Source of the DNA: an uncultured archaeon
GTDB lineage: Archaea; Asgardarchaeota; Thorarchaeia; Thorarchaeales; Thorarchaeaceae
Direction of reading: 5' to 3'
Length of the DNA: 21,531 nucleotides
Assembly (NCBI GenBank): GCA_964590575.1
Contig: CAZPWM010000050.1
Span: 1-21,531, forward strand
Of the stretch, positions 1 to 8,913 are shown in pieces. The notes beneath the pieces were generated by a model, which saw nothing but the letters and a program-made list of their open reading frames with translations, was not told the DNA's origin and ran no database searches. The translations under genes were made by a program, and so were the position numbers. The first letter of the stretch is position 1, and each line of letters opens with the position of its first letter.

Positions 1-1
1 A

Positions 2-130
2 CATGGCGTCAAGCGGAGTCAAGTGATAGAGCGAAATTTGCACATAGAAAAGGGGTCTGTTGAACTTTGGGAGTTTGCCAGACAGCTGATTGACGATTCT
101 GTCAGAAAGGGATACCTACTTGATGGCTGA
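2..130 (+). CDS. HD-domain hydrolase, C-terminal fragment (truncated by window edge)
   Basis: Not in the ORF track. Frame 2 reads HGVKRSQVIERNLHIEKGSVELWEFARQLIDDSVRKGYLLDG* (TGA 128-130), which resembles from memory the C-terminus of HD_3/YfbR-like proteins. Confidence 0.65.
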   Translation, partial: HGVKRSQVIERNLHIEKGSVELWEFARQLIDDSVRKGYLLDG

Positions 131-190
131 TACAATGTTCGAAATGTGTATAACCCTCTAATGAGAAGGTCGCACTGGAGTTGTTTCTTT

Positions 191-640
191 TTGACTGAAG
201 AACAGGATGAGGACAGAATCAGACAAATTGCTATGGAACTTGATAATGCTATAGAGTCAAAGGATATAGATCAGATAGTTTCATTCTTTACTGATGACAC
301 TGAGATAGAACTGATGGGGATAAAGCTCTTAGGAAAGGATGGTGCTAGAAGATGGTTAGATTGGTTATTTGGTACTCTTGCTGAAGTCAAATTCAAACCA
401 ATCATCATTATGGTTGAAGGAAACATATTCTTTGAAGAGTTCATTCTTGTGGGAACCTTACCTAATGGGAAAATTGTTGAATCCAAACAATCTGAAGTTT
501 TAGTATATGAAAACTATAAGATTAAGAATCTACGTGTTTATTTTGATAGACTTGATTTCGCAGATATTGTAGCAGAAGACTTCATCTCTAGAAAGATTGT
601 CAAAACTCTGATTTCACGCTCTCTAAAGGGACTTGTGTGA
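191..640 (+). CDS. SnoaL-like / NTF2-fold protein
   Basis: AIESKDIDQIVSFFTDD ... GKDGARRW ... KIKNLRVYFD is a typical SnoaL pattern. The track starts at 146; the TTG at 191 follows a GGAG and is the more likely start. Confidence 0.8.
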   Translation: MTEEQDEDRIRQIAMELDNAIESKDIDQIVSFFTDDTEIELMGIKLLGKDGARRWLDWLFGTLAEVKFKPIIIMVEGNIFFEEFILVGTLPNGKIVESKQSEVLVYENYKIKNLRVYFDRLDFADIVAEDFISRKIVKTLISRSLKGLV

Positions 641-659
641 AGCATGCATTCTCAACGAT

Positions 660-1028
660 TCACACTAGTTCCTCAGCATCTGGTTGCCACTCTGGGTATA
701 CGATGCACAAAAATTCTAGATTATCTTCTCCAATATTTTCTATGTACTGAACACCTTGAGGAGGGATATAGATAGTATCCCCAGAACCTACACTCTCTTC
801 TTCGTCATCGATATGCATCAGGCCGTTTCCCTTTAATATATAATACACCTCTGAAGCGGTTTTGAATCGATGAGGAAGTGATTTTTTCTTTGGTGGGAGG
901 GTTGCATGTGCAAGACTATACCCGAGATGAAGTGGGATTTTATCATGCTTGGGATTCAGCATCTCTCGTATTATTGTATCATCGAGTGCCACAATTTCTT
1001 TGAGTCCCTTCATTTTTTTCAATATCAT
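660..1028 (-). CDS. Cupin-domain protein (Cupin_2)
   Basis: Cupin motifs PHRFKTASEVYYILKGNG and GDTIYIPPQGVQYIENIG. Confidence 0.9.
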   Translation of the reverse strand: MILKKMKGLKEIVALDDTIIREMLNPKHDKIPLHLGYSLAHATLPPKKKSLPHRFKTASEVYYILKGNGLMHIDDEEESVGSGDTIYIPPQGVQYIENIGEDNLEFLCIVYPEWQPDAEELV

Positions 1029-1049
1029 CGCAGAATCTTCTTCTATTTT

Positions 1050-2249
1050 TTAGAAATCTGGAGGTTGCTTGTTATACCACTTTGGAATCTTCTCCATAGC
1101 TGGTTCATACCCACTAAGTACATGACGACCAAGAATGAGCCTTTGAACTTCGCTAGTTCCTTCATATATTTGGTAAAGCTTGGCATCTCTGAACAACTTT
1201 TCAAGTGGATACTGGTCGATGTAACCATATCCTCCGTGAATTTGGAGGGCTTCGCTAGCTGTTTCCATTGCTACATCCGTAGCGAATGCTTTCGCCACAC
1301 TTGCAGGTATAGTAGCATCTCCAACATTATCAGTGGTCCAAGCAGCCTTCAGATACAGTGCTCTTGAGGCTTCAATCTTCATGAACATTTCAGCCAATTT
1401 GAACTGAATTACCTCAAATTCCCGTAATTTTTGAGTGAAAACCTCTCGCTTATTGACATAGTCTCGGGCATACTCCATCGCTGCACGTGCGAGTCCTGTG
1501 GCAAATGCTGCAATTGATGGACGAGTCATGGCGAAAGTCTTCATAGCTATAGCAAAGCCTTTCCCTTCACCGCCCAAGATGTTCTCTTCAGGAACTTTGG
1601 CATCTCGAAATACTACTGAGGACGTTGTGGAAGCTCTGTGTCCCATCTTTTCCACAGGGCGGCCTGTTTTAACTCCAGGAGTGTCAGCATCCACAATGAA
1701 GGCGCAAAGTGTTTTGTGTCTCTTACTTGGATCAAGAGTAGCAAAAACTGTGAAGTAATCAGCATGGGGTGCATTTGTGATCCAAAACTTTGACCCATTT
1801 AGCACATAATGGTTTCCTTCCTTCTTTACTAGTGTCTGGATTCCAGCGACATCTGAACCCATACCTGGTTCTGAGCATGCAAAACTGACAAATTTGAGGT
1901 CTTCAGTGAGTGGACGCAGATACTTCTCTTTCTGTTCATCAGTTCCAGCGATAAGGATGGGCTCAGCACCAAGAGAGTTCACATAGATGCTGGTGGTCAT
2001 TCCTGCGCATCCTGCAGCCATCTCTTCTACTGTGATACACTGTTCAATTGAACCTAGGCCCTGGCCTCCAAACTCCTTCGGGATTGAGAGGTTCATGAGT
2101 CCTTCTTCCCAGCACTTCTGTATTATCGGACGTGGAAATTCTCCGGTCTTATCATAATAGTGTGCATATGGAATCATATACTCCTGTGCGAATCTTCTCG
2201 CTTTGTTCTGTAGCTCTTGTTGTTCATCTGTTAACCTGAAATCAACCAT
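1050..2249 (-). CDS. Acyl-CoA dehydrogenase
   Basis: FACSEPGMGSD, LNGSKFWITN, KMGHRAS, QIHGGYGY and IYEGTSEVQRL (catalytic Glu); 399 aa. Confidence 0.97.
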   Translation of the reverse strand: MVDFRLTDEQQELQNKARRFAQEYMIPYAHYYDKTGEFPRPIIQKCWEEGLMNLSIPKEFGGQGLGSIEQCITVEEMAAGCAGMTTSIYVNSLGAEPILIAGTDEQKEKYLRPLTEDLKFVSFACSEPGMGSDVAGIQTLVKKEGNHYVLNGSKFWITNAPHADYFTVFATLDPSKRHKTLCAFIVDADTPGVKTGRPVEKMGHRASTTSSVVFRDAKVPEENILGGEGKGFAIAMKTFAMTRPSIAAFATGLARAAMEYARDYVNKREVFTQKLREFEVIQFKLAEMFMKIEASRALYLKAAWTTDNVGDATIPASVAKAFATDVAMETASEALQIHGGYGYIDQYPLEKLFRDAKLYQIYEGTSEVQRLILGRHVLSGYEPAMEKIPKWYNKQPPDF

Positions 2250-2278
2250 TGTGCTCCCTCAGAGAAATGTACAGTTCC

Positions 2279-2302
2279 TGACCTTTGGTCAAACAGTATA
2301 AG
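2279..2302 (-). promoter_or_regulatory. Putative promoter (CTTATA) with adjacent palindrome TGACC-TTT-GGTCA upstream of the acyl-CoA dehydrogenase
   Basis: Inverted repeat with perfect 5-bp arms at 2279-2291, just downstream of a TATA-like box (2297-2302, minus strand) and about 30 bp before the ATG. Confidence 0.5.
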
Positions 2303-2341
2303 TTAGTTGCTAAAGGACATTGGTATCATTCAGATGTGATA

Positions 2342-4606
2342 CTAGGAAGTAGATGTGATATGTCTCACAACTTCTGGTAGGTTCCATTTCAACTCCAGTT
2401 CTAATGCTCCGCTTTCAGGACCAGGACATCGCCGGACACAAGTACGGCACGCAACACAAAGCCAAAGGTCCACCTCGACAGAGCCGAATCCTGGAGCTTC
2501 CTTTTCAAGCGAGATGTCCTTTGAAGGCTTGACCGTAGCAAGATTCTGAACTGTCTTGTAGAAAAGCGACCGACTGGATGGCAATTGTGAGAGAGCTTCT
2601 TCCGAGATTTCAAAGAATTTCGGTAACTCTATGCGTGGTTTCAATTCAATTGCGTTCTCTGGACATGCAATCTCACATGACTTGCAACCAAGACACTTTG
2701 ATTGCTCCCACTCAATTGTACCAAATCCTAGCAGAGGCGCGTAGCCCATTTGATTTCTGTATTCATCAAGAACTGATGGTATATCCACATCTACTAGGTC
2801 TTCAAGAGTGACTTTGGGTCTTGTGCTTGGAATCTTTGCACGAGTCCGATAAGCAAGCAGAACAGCAGAACGTATTGAATCCTCCACTTCCTTCAAGGTC
2901 GTTTCATCAATCACAGCACCACTCACACACACTGTTGCAAGCTTATCTCGAGCCTTTGAAAAGACTTCCAATGAGTTTGCTAGTCTGCCAATATCGGGTG
3001 CCTTCAGCTCACTCAATATTCTCTCAAGCTCTGCTTTGGCTTCGGAGAGTTGAAGAGCGATGTTAGTTGTTGTCTGTATAATAATCTCAGCTTCGGAGGG
3101 TGTCCTTGGAACATCATAAAGAAGGTACCCATGACTCTCGCCAGCTATCGTAAGAAGTTCATCACGTTTCATTCTCAGCAGATGGCTAAGAATTCTGTCC
3201 CGGGGTATGTTTGTTCTCTCAGCAAGATCATGCGCGGTTAGGGCGCCCAGCTCTCTAATGAGAATCAAGATTGTGCCACGTTCGAGTTCATTATCAAGAT
3301 AGGTATCCATCATTATCTGATAGACTTCAGGGTCTAACTTCTCTCCATAGACATTGGTTCCAGAAACAAGAGTGGGACCCTTTTCCAATGTGATTTTGAG
3401 ACGAAAGCGTGCGAACGCTTCAAGTCCTGCGGAAACGAGAAGTTTGAGATTTTCAGCATCATCAGAGGTTTGAGAAGTCAAGAGTGCTTCGGTGGCATTA
3501 TCAACTGTTTCTCTTAGTTTGTTCATTGGTTCTGAAAGACCAGTTTCATCATAAGCCCCCAGAATTTTCAAGCGCTCGAGTAGTGACTGGAGATTCACCA
3601 TGGATTCGTTTGCAGTTTCTGTAATATTATCGTCCAGTGACTTGATTATTCCTCGAACCTGTTGTACGATTATTTTCAGAACCAGTGTTGAATTTGGTAT
3701 TTCTGTGAGGACCTTCGAGAAAACAGGAGCATCACCATCAAGTCCTACCATCTCAATTTCGCCTCTCTGTATCATAGTCACAAGAGCGTTCTGTATGGCT
3801 TGAGATGAGGTTTGCATGAGTTCTCCTATCTGTACAACTGTTTTGGAACCCATCTTTCCAAGTATGAACATAATCACTCCACGATTGGCTTCAGTGAGCA
3901 TATTGTCTAAGACGAGCTTGTGGAAGCGTGCGTCATCAATTCGACCTTCTCGCTTTCCTCGTTTCACTTGAGCTGCAGCTCTCATCCCTGGACCGTACCT
4001 AGTTTTCGCCCCAATTTTTTGTAGCTCATCTAAAGCTGTTTCAGGATCTGTTTCAGCCTTTGTTTTAATCAGATTGAGGGTTTCGACCAAGGACACTAGT
4101 TCAGCCTGTGCAGATTCTGCTTCAGCTTCAGAGGCTTTCTCTAATTCATCTGTGATTGACTCAATTTCAGATACTAAATCAGATATTGTAGAAAGTGTAG
4201 CGGGTATGTTAATATCCACACTTGTTTCAGAGGTTTCCTCAACCTTCGTCATGCGACCAAGTGCGTCAACAAGCAGTTTGTTCAGTCCCTTCAACGATTC
4301 AGACTCAGTTGTGGATAATACCTTTTCAAGGTTAGAAATTGACTCTTTGAGAATGCCTCTATCACTAATCTCAGAAACTATTTTGCTTTTCTCAACTGTT
4401 TCTAAGAATTTCGTAAAATAAGAGTCAGGAAATGCAAGAATTGCATCAGTCAGAGGTGCTAGTTCGATTTTAAGCTTATCAAGCTCCTCCTTGACCCTGC
4501 TAAGTGGAATTGCAGACTCTTCTTTGAGACCTCCAATAGCTAATATCATGTCTAGCATACGTTGTCTCTTAGGTGCAATAGCCTTCTCAAGTTGTGATTG
4601 TTTCAT
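2342..4606 (-). CDS. Uncharacterised 754-aa protein: helical/coiled-coil N-terminus, two wHTH-like repeats, C-terminal 2x[4Fe-4S] ferredoxin-type domain
   Basis: CLGCKSCEIACP and CVACRTCVRRCP motifs; HTH-like LTAHDLAERTNIPRDRILSHLLRM and KTVVQIGELMQTSSQAIQNALVTM; start overlaps the upstream stop (ATGA 4603-4606). Confidence 0.75.
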   Translation of the reverse strand: MKQSQLEKAIAPKRQRMLDMILAIGGLKEESAIPLSRVKEELDKLKIELAPLTDAILAFPDSYFTKFLETVEKSKIVSEISDRGILKESISNLEKVLSTTESESLKGLNKLLVDALGRMTKVEETSETSVDINIPATLSTISDLVSEIESITDELEKASEAEAESAQAELVSLVETLNLIKTKAETDPETALDELQKIGAKTRYGPGMRAAAQVKRGKREGRIDDARFHKLVLDNMLTEANRGVIMFILGKMGSKTVVQIGELMQTSSQAIQNALVTMIQRGEIEMVGLDGDAPVFSKVLTEIPNSTLVLKIIVQQVRGIIKSLDDNITETANESMVNLQSLLERLKILGAYDETGLSEPMNKLRETVDNATEALLTSQTSDDAENLKLLVSAGLEAFARFRLKITLEKGPTLVSGTNVYGEKLDPEVYQIMMDTYLDNELERGTILILIRELGALTAHDLAERTNIPRDRILSHLLRMKRDELLTIAGESHGYLLYDVPRTPSEAEIIIQTTTNIALQLSEAKAELERILSELKAPDIGRLANSLEVFSKARDKLATVCVSGAVIDETTLKEVEDSIRSAVLLAYRTRAKIPSTRPKVTLEDLVDVDIPSVLDEYRNQMGYAPLLGFGTIEWEQSKCLGCKSCEIACPENAIELKPRIELPKFFEISEEALSQLPSSRSLFYKTVQNLATVKPSKDISLEKEAPGFGSVEVDLWLCVACRTCVRRCPGPESGALELELKWNLPEVVRHITSTS

Positions 4607-6774
4607 TCAGTCACCTCCATCCACTTCCCAGCAGTTCCATCATGGACAGGGGTGGGGCCTAGCTTTTTGGCACGTTTCACCATTTCATTGATTGCATTGG
4701 TGAAGCGCTCTGGCTCTGCACTGAACATTCTGAACATGTCAACTCGTTCACCTTTCCAACCAATAGCATTCAATATGTCGCGAGCAACGTCTACTTGCAC
4801 CTGAGCAATCTCATTACCAGTCCCTCCGATGTGGCATCGATCTTTCTCACAAGCTGCAATCATAACAGTGCTAGCACCATTTTCGAGAGCCTTGAAAATG
4901 TCTATGATACTTACACGACCAGCACAAGGTACAGGAATCAGACGTGTGCTTGCGGGATATTCCATCTTTCTTGTCCCAACAATATCAATTGTGGATACTG
5001 AACATTCCTCACAGTAGAAACAGAGTGTGATTGGATAGTCTGGACCTGCACCCTCAAGCACGGCTTCAATTTCGGACCATAGCTGATCGTTAGATAGGAA
5101 GTTGAGCTGAGTTGCACCTGATGGACATAAACTCTGACAGACTCCACAGGAATGACAATTCAGTATGTCAATCGAGGCCTTGAAGAGGATCTTTTGCTCT
5201 TCATCGGCTTCCTCCGCTTCTGTCTGTTCAATCATAAGTGGAACTCCACGAGGACACTGTTGTGCACAGAGACTGCATCCAACACAGTCATCCACATTAA
5301 GTACGGCTCCACGTGCGACGGATTCGATTTTTCCACCTTGTAATTCATTATGGATTATGATTGCACCAGCTTGAGCGTCAGTCACAGCTTCAAATACAAA
5401 CTGGGGACGTGTGACTCCTCCAACTGCAACTACACCACGCCGACGGGTTTCGTTCCTTCTCAGTTTACCATAAAGTTCCTTTACATGTCCATCATCTTCA
5501 ATTGCATAGCCCAAGGTTTCTGAAAGCTCGAAAGTTCCATCTGCGGGCAGAATTGCGGAGGACAGAACCAGTAGGTCTACTGGTGTTTCTAGATACTTGT
5601 CAAGGAGAGAGTCATAGACCCGTACATACGTAGTGCCATCTTGTTCCCAAGTCATACTTACGCGACCACGGATGTAGTCAATCCCCTTCTCACGTGACTC
5701 CTTGTATATCATTTCGTTCTCGAATGGAACTCGTATATCCATGTAGACAATCCTTACGTTTGCATCAGGATTTTTCTTGAGGATTTCTAGAGAGTTGTCA
5801 ATTGCGAATGTGCAACACAGTTTGCTGCAGTCCTTCTTGTAGTCTTCAGACCTGCTGCCAACGCATTGGACCATTACAACTTCCTTGACTGGTTTTCCAT
5901 CAGATGGCCGACTAAGTTCACCCTCAGATAGCATGCATGAGAGCTCGAACTGTGTAATGACATCTGGATTCTTACCATAACGGTATTCGTCCATAGCTAT
6001 AGGTTTGAACTCCTTGAATCCAGTTGCTAGGACTATGGCGGAAGTTTGTAAGGTCTTCTCCTCTTCATAATCATCCTCTGACAAATAATGAACTGTGAAA
6101 TTCCCCATCTCTCCAGTGACGTACTTGATTTGGGTCTTGGTCATTATTGTGATTTTGTTTTCGTTCTGGAGTGCTTCCAATCGACCGCTAAGTATCTCCT
6201 TACCAGATTTACCAGTGGGAGCAACAACAGGGAGGCTTTTGACGTGTCCTCCTAGTTCATCTGTGAGTTCCAATAGAGCGACCTCGTAACCGAGGTTTGA
6301 AAGGCTGAGTGCGGACTCAATTCCAGCAATTCCTCCACCAATGACAGTTACGTGTGTGGCAACCTCCTTTTGTTCTAGTGACCGCTTCATTGATTTGGCG
6401 GACCTTGCTAGTGTGCCACGAATCATATCCACAGATTTCTTGCTTGCTTCATCAACATCATTGTGGACCCATGCTGAGTGTTCTCTGAGGTTCACATATT
6501 GGATTTGAGTGCTGTCAATACCATGTGAGTCAAGATACTGATCAATTCGTGGTTGGATTTTCTGACTGGAACATGCAGCTATCACAAGATGTCCATCACT
6601 GGTCTTGAGAAGCTCTGCAATCTTCTCCAGACCTCCTTCCTGACAGACAAGATCATGAACAGTCACGGAGGATGTCAGGTCCATTTTCTTGACCTGCGTT
6701 TCGAGGAAGTCAAATTCTAACTGAAGTTGTTTACCACAGGTGCAGATGAGTACTGCTGATTTTTTGTCATCCAT
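4603..6774 (-). CDS. hdrA: HdrA-like flavoprotein fused to MvhD (QmoB-like architecture)
   Basis: N-terminal CTCG/C/AACS domain with NLREHSAWVH; FAD motif VIGGGIAG; QCVGSR..CSKLCC; two CxxCxxCxxxCP motifs; C-terminal MvhD with CFYCEEC, VPCAGRV and CEKDRCH. Confidence 0.92.
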   Translation of the reverse strand: MDDKKSAVLICTCGKQLQLEFDFLETQVKKMDLTSSVTVHDLVCQEGGLEKIAELLKTSDGHLVIAACSSQKIQPRIDQYLDSHGIDSTQIQYVNLREHSAWVHNDVDEASKKSVDMIRGTLARSAKSMKRSLEQKEVATHVTVIGGGIAGIESALSLSNLGYEVALLELTDELGGHVKSLPVVAPTGKSGKEILSGRLEALQNENKITIMTKTQIKYVTGEMGNFTVHYLSEDDYEEEKTLQTSAIVLATGFKEFKPIAMDEYRYGKNPDVITQFELSCMLSEGELSRPSDGKPVKEVVMVQCVGSRSEDYKKDCSKLCCTFAIDNSLEILKKNPDANVRIVYMDIRVPFENEMIYKESREKGIDYIRGRVSMTWEQDGTTYVRVYDSLLDKYLETPVDLLVLSSAILPADGTFELSETLGYAIEDDGHVKELYGKLRRNETRRRGVVAVGGVTRPQFVFEAVTDAQAGAIIIHNELQGGKIESVARGAVLNVDDCVGCSLCAQQCPRGVPLMIEQTEAEEADEEQKILFKASIDILNCHSCGVCQSLCPSGATQLNFLSNDQLWSEIEAVLEGAGPDYPITLCFYCEECSVSTIDIVGTRKMEYPASTRLIPVPCAGRVSIIDIFKALENGASTVMIAACEKDRCHIGGTGNEIAQVQVDVARDILNAIGWKGERVDMFRMFSAEPERFTNAINEMVKRAKKLGPTPVHDGTAGKWMEVTE

Positions 6775-6783
6775 CTATCAGTT

Positions 6784-8034
6784 TCACTTCCTCCTCTGGA
6801 GTATCTTAGACACGACTGCACGAGCTTGGGTCACACTCTCGGGAACTTCAGCAGGACCCAAGGCGGCGCCACATGCATAGACATGGTCACCCACCACGAC
6901 TTCATTCTCTGAAGCTGGATCTGCTATTCCCACAAATCCACTTGCAGACTTTAATCCAAGTGATTCAATGAGTTTGTCAGTACCCTTTGTTGGTTCCAAT
7001 GCTGATGAAAGCACAAAAAGGTCCACTGTAAACTTGAGATATTTATTCAGAAGAGAGTCATAGACTGTTATGTCTAAGGTATCATCATTACGAGGTTGAA
7101 CGAGAGAAACTCTGCCTCGGACAAACTCTACACCGGAGTTTCGGGAGTCACGATAGTATCGTTCATACCTATCATATGTGCGGATATCCATGTATACGAC
7201 ACTTACTGAAACATCATCCCGTTCCTGTCTTAGAATATTGGCATGTTTGAGGGCGAAGATACAACATATCTTAGAGCAATAAGGGTAGTAGTTCTCATCT
7301 CTACTCCCAACACACTGTACCATCATCACTCGCTTTGCGGGCTTTCCATCGGATGGTTTCACAGGTACCCCACCTGATTCTCCATTGGGGTCAATTATCT
7401 TGGCTAGTTCAAGCTGGGTTATGATGTTGGGGTGTTTTCCGTAGTTATACTCATCCACGTTGACTGGTTGCATCTCGTGATAACCCGTAGCAATGACAAT
7501 ATCTGAAACTTGGACTGTTTCTTCAGTGGGTTGTGCACCCAGATTGATTGCCTTAGTTGGGCACTCCTCTTCGGCCTGTTTAGCACCAGCATCTTCTTTT
7601 GTTGGGTCGAAGATGACAGCTTGAGGTTGACACTGAGGGGACAATAAACGGAATGCCTCTGACTTTTCTAGACAAAGACCGCACATCGTACATTTCTTTG
7701 GATTGACATACTCAGGGCCCACCTTGAGCTTGGCAGAGAATTGACCTGGAGTGCCGGAGATTTCGTCTACTTCACTATGCATCCTCAATGTTATGTTAGG
7801 TTGGTCAGTGAGCGCGCTCCTATAGAAGCATTTGCGGATTCCAGGACGCGAACGATTCCCCTCAAAACAGTAGAAACAATCATCGGTTGGGAATGCCTTG
7901 TAAAGGTCTAGAGCATTGCCCCCTACGGTTTCTTGACGTTCAACAAGGACCGTCTTGATTCCAGAGTCTGCAAGCTCAACAGCAGCTGTCATACCTGCAA
8001 CACCAGCTCCGATGATAAGGACCGGATTGGACAC
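6784..8034 (-). CDS. hdrA: Short HdrA-like flavoprotein (QmoA-like architecture)
   Basis: GTG start after GAGGTGA RBS; IIGAGVAG; KAFPTDDCFYC; inserted CTMCGLC..CP; QCVGSRD..YCSKICC. Lacks the N-terminal Cys domain and the C-terminal ferredoxin. Confidence 0.9.
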   Translation of the reverse strand: MSNPVLIIGAGVAGMTAAVELADSGIKTVLVERQETVGGNALDLYKAFPTDDCFYCFEGNRSRPGIRKCFYRSALTDQPNITLRMHSEVDEISGTPGQFSAKLKVGPEYVNPKKCTMCGLCLEKSEAFRLLSPQCQPQAVIFDPTKEDAGAKQAEEECPTKAINLGAQPTEETVQVSDIVIATGYHEMQPVNVDEYNYGKHPNIITQLELAKIIDPNGESGGVPVKPSDGKPAKRVMMVQCVGSRDENYYPYCSKICCIFALKHANILRQERDDVSVSVVYMDIRTYDRYERYYRDSRNSGVEFVRGRVSLVQPRNDDTLDITVYDSLLNKYLKFTVDLFVLSSALEPTKGTDKLIESLGLKSASGFVGIADPASENEVVVGDHVYACGAALGPAEVPESVTQARAVVSKILQRRK

Positions 8035-8045
8035 TCTTTTTCACC

Positions 8046-8912
8046 TCACCCGGTCAAATGATCAAGAATGGGAGCTGCTGGGACCCTATTCATGCTTAGG
8101 CCTACTTCTTCTTCATCCATTCCCATGGCCAGCCCAAGAATTTGTGGATACAAGAGTACTGGTAAGTTGTATTCCTCACCGTATGATTCTTTCAGGCCTA
8201 GTTGTTGTAAATCAAGCTGGTTACCACAAGCAGGACAGACTACAGTAATAAATTCCGCTCCAGATTCTTTAATTGACTTCAACTTATCACGGGCCAATCT
8301 AATAGCAAGATTTTCATCGACGGGTAGAACAGTTGCACCGCAGCATTGTTTCCATATCGGGTACTCAACAACTGAAGCTCCAGTAACCCGAATCAGCTCG
8401 TCTAGATATTCTGGTTTGAATTCAGTCACGTCAGCGGGACGGAGAACATGACAACCATAGTGGATTGCAATTCCTACCCCATCTAATGGTTTTGTGACTT
8501 TCTTTTTGATTTCTTCAATTCCAATGTCAGTATATAGAGCTTCTACAAAATGACGGGGAGTTATTGTGCCTTTGAACTCCAAGCTCTCCTTCTTTAAGAT
8601 AGCATTGACCTTCTTCCTGTAGTCGGTATTAAGTTTGAGAAAGTGGTATACATCTTTGAGAGATCCGAAGCACCCATTACATGGAGTGACGATATCATGT
8701 CCATTCTTCTCTGCAATAGCCAAGGTTCTCGCATTTACAGTAAGCCATCCCATGTAGTCAATAGCACGAAGATTAGGACTGCCACAACAGGCGACACCCT
8801 CCATATACTCCAATCGCATATCATAAGCTTCTGCGACCTTTATCATTGCTGCTTCATAATTCGGATAGTTTGCAGGCACACTGCAACCTATGTATAAGTT
8901 GTACACTGGCAC
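8046..8912 (-). CDS. hdrB: Heterodisulfide reductase subunit B
   Basis: Two CCG domains (GC..CCG..CNGC; HYGCH..CCG..CPAC). The track starts at 8933; the GTG at 8912 follows GGTGGTGA and the hdrC stop. Confidence 0.95.
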   Translation of the reverse strand: MPVYNLYIGCSVPANYPNYEAAMIKVAEAYDMRLEYMEGVACCGSPNLRAIDYMGWLTVNARTLAIAEKNGHDIVTPCNGCFGSLKDVYHFLKLNTDYRKKVNAILKKESLEFKGTITPRHFVEALYTDIGIEEIKKKVTKPLDGVGIAIHYGCHVLRPADVTEFKPEYLDELIRVTGASVVEYPIWKQCCGATVLPVDENLAIRLARDKLKSIKESGAEFITVVCPACGNQLDLQQLGLKESYGEEYNLPVLLYPQILGLAMGMDEEEVGLSMNRVPAAPILDHLTG

Positions 8913-8913
8913 C

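Noticed and set aside
2342-4606. 754-aa protein as an ESCRT-II or TFEbeta/RPC34 homologue (wHTH with or without Fe-S)
   Set aside because: Its Fe-S motifs are ferredoxin-type CxxCxxCxxxCP and the context is metabolic; the similarity is architectural only.
906-8897. Many plus-strand ORFs of 60-153 aa opposite the dehydrogenase and hdr genes
   Set aside because: Antisense shadows of well-supported genes, with no recognisable motifs.
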